DNA from: an uncultured Gemmatimonadaceae bacterium
GTDB taxonomy: Bacteria > Gemmatimonadota > Gemmatimonadetes > Gemmatimonadales > GWC2-71-9
Direction: 5' to 3'
Length of the DNA stretch: 64,000 bases
Assembly: GCA_964571795.1 (NCBI GenBank)
Contig: CAZNDK010000004.1
Span: 64,203-128,202, forward strand
Each line of letters opens with the position of its first letter. Within the stretch, counting starts at the first letter, position 1. Below are positions 57,591 through 64,000 of this stretch, piece by piece. Made by a program: the position numbers and the translations under genes. Below the pieces are notes generated by a model. That model made no database searches and had not been told where the DNA came from. It saw only the letters and a program-made list of their open reading frames with translations.

Positions 57591-58148
57591 ATGCTCAGCG
57601 TCACCCTGCTGGCCCTGGCCGGCAGCCTGGCCGCCGCGCCGGCAGATACCACCTTCAACAATGTGACTCTGCCCGGCACGGTGCAGGTCGCCGGGCAAAC
57701 ATTGGTTCTCAACGGCGTGGCTCTCCGCAAGAAAGCCGTTTTCAAGGTCTATGTGGCCGGCCTCTACCTGACGGCCAAGTCTACCGATGCCGACGCCGTG
57801 CTGGCTGCGGATTCCCCGCGCCGGATGGTCATGCAGTTCGTGCGCGACGTCGGGAAGGAGAAGATGTGCGAGGCCTGGGACGAGGCGCTCAAGAACAACA
57901 CGCCAAACGCCTCCGCGCAGCTCAAGACGGAATTCGTGACGCTCTGCAGCTGGATGGAGGACATCAAGGACAAGCAGCAGTTCGTGTTCACCTACGTGCC
58001 GGGCACCGGCACCGAGGTGAGCGTGGCGGGCGCCGTGAAGGGCACGATTCCCGGCAAGGAATTCGCCGACGCGCTCTTCAAGGCGTGGATCGGGCCGAAG
58101 CCGGGCCCGGGTGAGGGGTTCAAGAAGAACCTGATGGGAACGAAGTAA
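57591..58148 (+). CDS. Exported chalcone isomerase-like fold protein
   Basis: Signal peptide; LVLNG..LRKK..FKVYVAGLYL; FADALF..WIG. Confidence 0.85.
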   Translation: MLSVTLLALAGSLAAAPADTTFNNVTLPGTVQVAGQTLVLNGVALRKKAVFKVYVAGLYLTAKSTDADAVLAADSPRRMVMQFVRDVGKEKMCEAWDEALKNNTPNASAQLKTEFVTLCSWMEDIKDKQQFVFTYVPGTGTEVSVAGAVKGTIPGKEFADALFKAWIGPKPGPGEGFKKNLMGTK

Positions 58149-58163
58149 CCCGGCGGGCAGCGA

Positions 58164-58206
58164 AACGGCGGGGAGGTGGGGAGGTCTTCCCCGCTTCCCC
58201 GCCGTT
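58164..58206. terminator. Long hairpin between convergent genes
   Basis: AACGGCGGGGAGGTGGGGAGG..CTTCCCCGCTTCCCCGCCGTT (G-U pairs). Confidence 0.65.
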
Positions 58207-58209
58207 CTC

Positions 58210-61200
58210 TTACTGCGACCCTGCCGGCTTTTCTCCTGCCAGCGCCGCCATCCGCGCGCGCGCTTCCTTGACCTGGGGCTGCAGCACCGGGTCGGCGTCC
58301 CGCCACAACTCGGTGAACTCCCCGTAATACTCGAGGGCCTTGGCGCGGTTGCCCTTCGCCTCGTACATCTCGCCGAGGCGGCGGTAGGTGGGGCCCAGCG
58401 TCCAGTTCTCGTCGCCGGTGTTCGTTCGCGCGTCCGGTTGCGTGACCGACCGCTCGTACCGCACCAACGCGGAATCGGCCTCGCCGGCGCGGTCCCAGGC
58501 CCTCGCGGCGTCGGTCAGCGTGCAGGGCGGGCACTTCATCCGGGTGCGGTAGTCGTCGTAGGCCATGGCGGCCTCCCTCCACCGGCCTTCGGCCTGGGCG
58601 GTGAGCGCTGCCCAATACACCGAATCGGCCGCCGACCGCTCCTCCTGCGGGCGCACCCGGGTCCATTCGGCCTGGAGTTGCCGGACCTTGTCCACCCGAC
58701 CAGCGATGGCGTAGGCGTAGCCGAGCCCCTGGTACGGCCGTTCGTCGGCGGGCAGGCTGTCGAGTACCGCCTTCGGAAAGAGCGAATCGGCGGCCCGCGC
58801 CATCGCCTGTCCATCTCCGAGGAAGTAGGCCCGCGCCTGCGCAGGGTAGCCCTGCAGGTACAGGGCGGTCCCCCGCGCGCCCACGGCGGCCATTGCCGGG
58901 GCGAGCTGGGCCGCGAGCCGTTCCGATTCCGCCACGCGGCCCAGGGCCACTGCCACCCCGATCCGCTCGAACTGGACGGCGAATTGCTGGGCCTGGGCGG
59001 TCGGCACTCGTAGGGCCGGATCCTTGAGGATCGAGTCCACGGCGTGGTAGTCGCGCTGCATGTAGTACTCGACGCGGACCATGTCATCGGGGCGGGTGGA
59101 CTCCGGCCAGCGCCGCCGGAACTCGGCCAGCACCGAGTCGGCCGCGGCCCACTTGCCCTGGGCCATGAGCGCCACCGACAGATTCAGGTACCCACCCTGC
59201 AGCGTGGCCGTCTCCACGAGATGCCGGAGCATCGGCTCGGCCTCCGCCGCACGGCCCTGGTCGTTCAGGATCAGCCCGAGGTTGTTGAGCGCGGTCACCT
59301 CGTCGGGGTCCGCGGCCAGCACGGCACGATACGCGGCCTCTTCCTTGTCGACGTCCCCCGTGACGACGTTGTGATAGTAGGCCTCGGTGAGTCCCCGCTC
59401 GACGGGGGGAAGCCGGTCACGGAACTGGTAGGCGCGCATGGCTGCGGCCTTCGCCTCCGTCCCGCCGCCGATGACCGCCTGGGGCAGCACCACGGCCAGC
59501 TTGCGCCAGGCCATGGCGAAGGTGCTGTCCACCGCCACCGCCTGGCGAAGGAGCTTCACGGCTTCCTCGGAGCGACCAGCAGCATGCTCGCGAACCGCCT
59601 CGCTATAGAGCCGGAGCGCCTCGAGGGAGGAGGTGGTGACCTGCTCGAGCCGGTCGCCGCCGCGAATGCGGCCGAGGGACTCGCCGACCTTTTCGCGCAA
59701 TTCCTTGGAGAGCCGGTCCACCGCGGCGATGAGCTGCGAGGCGTCCGCCGCCGTCGCCCGGATCGGGACCAGCGTTTCCCCGGTGGAGGCGTTGATGACG
59801 CGCGCCGCCAGCGAGTAGCCCGAGCCGAGCGAGGTGATTTCGCCGGTGATGATGGCCTTGATCCCCTCACGCCGCGCCACGTCGCTCGCGAGCGCCACGT
59901 CGAGCGTGGCGTCGGCCGGGCGGCCCATTCGCTGCAGCGCCGCCTGGAGGTCGCCCGCCTCCATCAGCCGCATGACGTTCGATTGCCCGAGGTCGATGCG
60001 CAGCGCCTCGGTGACCGATGCGCCGAGGGTCGAGTCGCTCGTGCGGTTTTCGAACTCGACCAGGATGATGCGGTCCTGTGCCGCGAGCACCCCGGCGCTC
60101 ATCAAGGTGCTGCCCGGCCCGATGCCGAGCTTCCGTGACACCAGGAATCCGCCGGCCAGCAGGGCGACCAGCCCGATCGCCATCCAGCCGCCCAGGATGG
60201 TGCGGCGCCAGGTGAACCAGCCGTGGTGGGCGGGCTCCGGCTCGAAGCGGAGCGTCCCCATGGTCATCGCCACCGCCCGCTTCCGCTCGACTCGGCCGGT
60301 ATAGACGATGATCGGAAGCCCAAGTGCCATCGCGAGCGCCGCGCCTTCCCAGATCCAGTCCGGCAGCTCGAAGACGCGGGTGAGCCCGAACGCCACGCCG
60401 ACCACCACCAGCGAGGCGAGGGCGAAGAGCCCGTATACCCGCGCGGGTGACGAGCGGCGCACCGCCGCCTCGGCGTCCAGGCGGACGCTGGAGACCGGCG
60501 TGGTGGAAATCGGGGTGGTGCCGCCGGTGGGCGTGGTCATTGTCGCCAGGCGCGCCGCGATTTCATCGGCGTTCTGGATTCGGTCGGCCGGGTTCTTTTC
60601 CAGGCACCGCAGCACGAGGTCGTTCATCGCCGGCGGGATCGTGTTCCGGTAGCGGACCGGCGGTTCGGGCCGCTCGGCGATGTGCGCCGCCAGCATGCCC
60701 TGCGGAGTCGGCGCCACGAACGGGGTGCGGCCGCAGAGCATCTCGTAGGCCATGGCGCCCACGGCGTAGATGTCGGCGCGCTGGTCCACCCGTGGGTCGG
60801 CCGCGGCCTGCTCCGGCGACATGTAGGCCGGCGTGCCAAGCGCGATCCCGAGCGAAGTCAGGCTGGTGTGCCCGTCGCCGCTCGAGGCGCTCACCGCCTT
60901 GGCCACGCCGAAGTCCGTCACCAGCGCATGCTTGCCGGAGAGCATCACGTTGTCGGGCTTGATGTCGCGGTGGACGACGCCGTGGTGATGCGAGTAGGCC
61001 AGCGCGTCCACCACGTCGTGCAGGATGCGGAGGACCTCGCTCATCGGGAGCGCGCCCTCCCGGGCCAGCCGCGCGCGCAGGGACTCGCCCTCGATGAACG
61101 GCATGACGTAGTAGGCGAGGTCGGCGTTCGCGCCCGCCGTGAGGAGCTGGACGATGTGGGGATGCTGGAGCGAGGCGGCGAGCTGGATTTCCCGCTCGAA

Positions 61201-61377
61201 CCGCTCGGCGTTGACGCCTGCGGCCATGTCGGGCGGGAGCACCTTGATGACGACGCGCCGGCCGAGCCGCGACTCTTCCGCAAGGAAGACGCGGCTCATG
61301 CCGCCGCCCCCGAGCTCGCGGAGGATGCGGTAGTTGTCGCCGAGGGCCGCGTGCAGGCGGTCCGACAGTTCGGCCAT
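58210..61377 (-). CDS. Hanks-type Ser/Thr kinase with 3 TM, TolB-N-like domain and TPR array
   Basis: LGGGGMS, VIK, HRDIKPDN, DFG, GTPAYMSPE; three hydrophobic segments; TPR-like repeats (ALNNLG). Confidence 0.93.
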   Translation of the reverse strand: MAELSDRLHAALGDNYRILRELGGGGMSRVFLAEESRLGRRVVIKVLPPDMAAGVNAERFEREIQLAASLQHPHIVQLLTAGANADLAYYVMPFIEGESLRARLAREGALPMSEVLRILHDVVDALAYSHHHGVVHRDIKPDNVMLSGKHALVTDFGVAKAVSASSGDGHTSLTSLGIALGTPAYMSPEQAAADPRVDQRADIYAVGAMAYEMLCGRTPFVAPTPQGMLAAHIAERPEPPVRYRNTIPPAMNDLVLRCLEKNPADRIQNADEIAARLATMTTPTGGTTPISTTPVSSVRLDAEAAVRRSSPARVYGLFALASLVVVGVAFGLTRVFELPDWIWEGAALAMALGLPIIVYTGRVERKRAVAMTMGTLRFEPEPAHHGWFTWRRTILGGWMAIGLVALLAGGFLVSRKLGIGPGSTLMSAGVLAAQDRIILVEFENRTSDSTLGASVTEALRIDLGQSNVMRLMEAGDLQAALQRMGRPADATLDVALASDVARREGIKAIITGEITSLGSGYSLAARVINASTGETLVPIRATAADASQLIAAVDRLSKELREKVGESLGRIRGGDRLEQVTTSSLEALRLYSEAVREHAAGRSEEAVKLLRQAVAVDSTFAMAWRKLAVVLPQAVIGGGTEAKAAAMRAYQFRDRLPPVERGLTEAYYHNVVTGDVDKEEAAYRAVLAADPDEVTALNNLGLILNDQGRAAEAEPMLRHLVETATLQGGYLNLSVALMAQGKWAAADSVLAEFRRRWPESTRPDDMVRVEYYMQRDYHAVDSILKDPALRVPTAQAQQFAVQFERIGVAVALGRVAESERLAAQLAPAMAAVGARGTALYLQGYPAQARAYFLGDGQAMARAADSLFPKAVLDSLPADERPYQGLGYAYAIAGRVDKVRQLQAEWTRVRPQEERSAADSVYWAALTAQAEGRWREAAMAYDDYRTRMKCPPCTLTDAARAWDRAGEADSALVRYERSVTQPDARTNTGDENWTLGPTYRRLGEMYEAKGNRAKALEYYGEFTELWRDADPVLQPQVKEARARMAALAGEKPAGSQ

Positions 61378-61510
61378 GCGCTCTCCGGACGGGGGAATCA
61401 CGCTAATAATGCCCCCCAAAGGGCCGGCAGGGAAGGAACCCTGTTTCATTCCTGAAACCGCCTTGCGAACCGGCCGCCGGGGAGGGATGTTGGGCGGGAG
61501 GAGACCCGCA

Positions 61511-62377
61511 ATGCCCGAGTCCGGCCAAAACGCGCAACGACCCACCAGGAAGGACGTGGACATCTTCGGGATGTGTCACGTCGGGCTGGTCCGCGACCAG
61601 AACCAGGACCACTTCCTCGTGGCCAGCCTGCACAAGTCCCTGCAGCTCCACCAGACCACCCTGCCGCATGACGGGCTCGGGTCGCTGGTGAGCGGCGCCC
61701 GCGGGTACGTCTTCCTGGTGGCCGACGGCGTGGGAAGCACGCCGTGGGGGGAGCAGGCCAGCGGTTCCGCGCTGCGCGCCATCGCCGACTACGTCATCCA
61801 TGGGATGGACCTCGAGGCGGCGCCCGACGCGGACCACGAGCAGCGGGTGGTCGACCGGCTCCGCCGATCGGTGGAACTGGGGCACCAGGCCATCCGCGAC
61901 GCCGGCGAGGCCGAGGGGAAGCGCGGGATGGCCACCACGCTCACCATGGTCACCATCTACTGGCCCCGGGCGTACGTCATTCACGTGGGCGACAGCCGTG
62001 CCTACCGGCTCCGCAATGGCGTCCTGACGCAGGTCACCAAGGACCAGACGATGGCCCAGGCCATGGTGGACGCCGGCGCGCTCACGCAGGCGGCCGCGGA
62101 GCAGAGCCGGCTGAAGCACGTGCTATGGAGCGCCCTGGGAGGCAAGGAGGCGCTGCCTGAGGTGATCACCCTCGATGCCGAATGGGAGGACGTCATGCTG
62201 CTGTGCAGCGACGGGCTCACCAAGCACGTCTCGGATGAGGAAATCCGGGACCAGCTCCTGAAGTCGGAATCGGCCGAGGTCAGCTGCCACGCGCTCATCG
62301 ACCTGGCGCTCGCGCGCGGCGGGAGCGATAACGTCACCGTGGTGATCGGCCGGCTCCGGGGACACCGACCGGCCTGA
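61511..62377 (+). CDS. PP2C/PPM-family Ser/Thr phosphatase
   Basis: GLVRDQNQD, VADGVG, MATT, HVGDSRAY, CSDGL, GGSDNVT. Confidence 0.93.
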   Translation: MPESGQNAQRPTRKDVDIFGMCHVGLVRDQNQDHFLVASLHKSLQLHQTTLPHDGLGSLVSGARGYVFLVADGVGSTPWGEQASGSALRAIADYVIHGMDLEAAPDADHEQRVVDRLRRSVELGHQAIRDAGEAEGKRGMATTLTMVTIYWPRAYVIHVGDSRAYRLRNGVLTQVTKDQTMAQAMVDAGALTQAAAEQSRLKHVLWSALGGKEALPEVITLDAEWEDVMLLCSDGLTKHVSDEEIRDQLLKSESAEVSCHALIDLALARGGSDNVTVVIGRLRGHRPA

Positions 62378-62415
62378 CCCCGGGTCGGCCCCACATCACC
62401 TGCTGCGAGGTTTCC

Positions 62416-62856
62416 ATGCGTCCCCGATGGCTGCTTGCGCTCCCCGCCCTGCTCCTGTCCGTCCCCGTGGCCGCCCAGGTGGCCGCCCCCGCGCCCCCGG
62501 CGGCCCGGCTCGATTCGGCCGCCACCATCGCCACCGGTCGCAAGTACACCGAGTGGTTCTACTCCGACATGGGCGACAGCCTCATCGCGCACAGTTCGCC
62601 GCAGGTCAAGGAGAAGGTCACCGCGGCGCAGCTCTCGGAAATCCAGGGACAGCTCACCGCGCAGGTCGGCCCCGAGGCCGAGGTGATCTCGGAGCAGGTG
62701 GTGGCCAAGGACACGCTCTCGGGGTACCTGCGCGAGGTCCGGTTCGAGATGATGCAGGAGCCGCTCGTCCTGGCCTTCACCCTCGGCAAGTCAGGGCTGA
62801 TCTACGGGTTCTTCATTCGGCCGAAGAGCGAGGTGAAGGCGGACGCACCCAACTAG
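62416..62856 (+). CDS. Exported hypothetical protein (DUF3887-like)
   Basis: Signal peptide ending VAA-Q; QLTAQVG, RFE, G.IYGFFIRP C-terminus. Confidence 0.75.
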   Translation: MRPRWLLALPALLLSVPVAAQVAAPAPPAARLDSAATIATGRKYTEWFYSDMGDSLIAHSSPQVKEKVTAAQLSEIQGQLTAQVGPEAEVISEQVVAKDTLSGYLREVRFEMMQEPLVLAFTLGKSGLIYGFFIRPKSEVKADAPN

Positions 62857-62871
62857 GATGCGCCTGATGCG

Positions 62872-62907
62872 AAGCGGGGGTGCGCCGTATCCGGCGCACC
62901 CCCGCTT
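62872..62907. terminator. Bidirectional intrinsic terminator
   Basis: AAGCGGGGGTGCGCCG-TATC-CGGCGCACCCCCGCTT, followed by TGTT. Confidence 0.8.
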
Positions 62908-62927
62908 TGTTGCATCCCCCCGGGATT

Positions 62928-63914
62928 TCAGGTCTGGGCGGGGGGAGTCGCCGGGGCCGGCGGCGCCATGGCCGGCGAGGCCGGAGCCGCCGGCGCCGGT
63001 GGGGCCACCCGCACGCGTACCTTCGGCGCGGCACCGGGCGCGGCCGGAGGGCGCATCGGCCCGGGCGTCCGCATCCGCATGCCATCCGGGATCGTCATCC
63101 GGACACGCGCCGGGACCGTCCACGTCACGGTGGTCTTCTTCTTCATCCGCATGATCTCGAACTTCGCCACGTCGCCGCTGTCGTAGCTGGCGAAGATCCG
63201 CCGGGCCTGGCCGACGGAGGCCGGCTGGCGTCCATCGATTGCGAGGATGACGTCACCGGCCTTGAGCGGCAAGGTGGAGTCGCCCGGGTTCTCGAGCACC
63301 AGCACGCCCTTGGGCGTCCCGAAGTACTCGCCGAGACCGGCGTTCATTTCCGCCAGCTCGAGGCCGAAGGGACCGCCGTCAAACTGGAAGGTGAAGTTGC
63401 GTCCCGCGCTCGCCCAGCTCCGTTCCATGTCCCGCATGGCCATGTCGCGGGCGCCCATCGCGCGCTCCATCTCGAACACGTGGGCATCGCCGGGACCGGA
63501 CCTCCAGGCCCAGTTGGCGCCGCCGAGGTCGGCAGCGACGATCGTGGCGGTGCGGGTGGCCGTGCCTCGGCGGTACTCCACCTTCACCGAGTCGCCGGGG
63601 GAGAGCGCCTGGGCCAGCTCCACGAGCCGCTCGCCGGGCTCACCGTCACCACCGCCGGCCAGCGCCGTACCGTTGAACTTGGTGATGATGTCGCCGGCCT
63701 CGAGGCCGGCCTTCGCGGCCGGTCCGCCCGGGGTGACGGACTTGATGGTGGCGCCGACCTTGTCGTTGGCCGCGCTGGCGTCCATGTCGACAATCACCCC
63801 GATCCGGGGGCGGTCGTTGACCGTGTACACCATCACATTGTCGTCCTGCGCGGCGGCGCCTGCGGGCAGGAGGATCATGGCGCCCAGCGCCAGGGTGATC
63901 CACGAACGTGTCAT
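62928..63914 (-). CDS. Exported tandem-PDZ protein without protease domain
   Basis: Signal peptide; RIGV..GGPAAKAGLEAGDIITKFNG and FGL..GVLV..LKAGDVILAIDG; Pro/Ala tail. Confidence 0.85.
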   Translation of the reverse strand: MTRSWITLALGAMILLPAGAAAQDDNVMVYTVNDRPRIGVIVDMDASAANDKVGATIKSVTPGGPAAKAGLEAGDIITKFNGTALAGGGDGEPGERLVELAQALSPGDSVKVEYRRGTATRTATIVAADLGGANWAWRSGPGDAHVFEMERAMGARDMAMRDMERSWASAGRNFTFQFDGGPFGLELAEMNAGLGEYFGTPKGVLVLENPGDSTLPLKAGDVILAIDGRQPASVGQARRIFASYDSGDVAKFEIMRMKKKTTVTWTVPARVRMTIPDGMRMRTPGPMRPPAAPGAAPKVRVRVAPPAPAAPASPAMAPPAPATPPAQT

Positions 63915-64000
63915 CGGAGCTCTCCCTCGAAGGGTTGTCGGTTACGGGGATGTAGATGCGGCAGGCGTGGGGAAGGTCGCGTGGCAGCGGGGGAGGCGGG

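Overview
Very GC-rich (about 70% or more by eye), gene-dense chromosomal window with about 54 real CDSs. I saw no tRNA, rRNA, CRISPR array, prophage, integrase or transposase. Gene content (kinase-TM-TPR Ser/Thr kinase, S46 peptidase, KFISYAVWW-type sigma-70, PGN-type EF-P, Cbp1-like lipoprotein) suggests Gemmatimonadota/FCB group; this is inference. Main blocks: (1) a minus-strand coupled run tamA-tamB-DAG kinase-GAF/PAS histidine kinase-sigma54 regulator-4xCxxC microprotein-NlpC/P60-HAD-CYTH-hypothetical-acpS, followed by a Fur-box-associated cytochrome c/FTR1 iron permease; (2) a plus-strand run peptide ABC SBP-permease-dacB-FNR-PduO-aroB; (3) sigma-70, Lon-N, glcDEF, ygfZ, epimerase; (4) a minus-strand run of peptidase, transporter and housekeeping genes; (5) WaaL-like protein, Vgb-like propeller, ADP-forming acyl-CoA synthetase, a candidate sigma54-driven membrane protein, efp, an NDP-sugar salvage pair, cutC, a Ser/Thr kinase with PP2C, and a PDZ protein. 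Most striking signal: the Bacteroidota O-glycosylation sequon D-(S/T)-(A/I/L/V/M/T) is strongly enriched in exported proteins and domains, suggesting a general protein O-glycosylation system in this lineage. Other leads are an EF-P with Asn at the modification tip, a His-less WaaL/PglL-like protein, a variant GHMP kinase paired with a nucleotidyltransferase, a DnaA-box-like cluster and probable leaderless promoters. All calls are from motif recognition by eye; no database searches were run.
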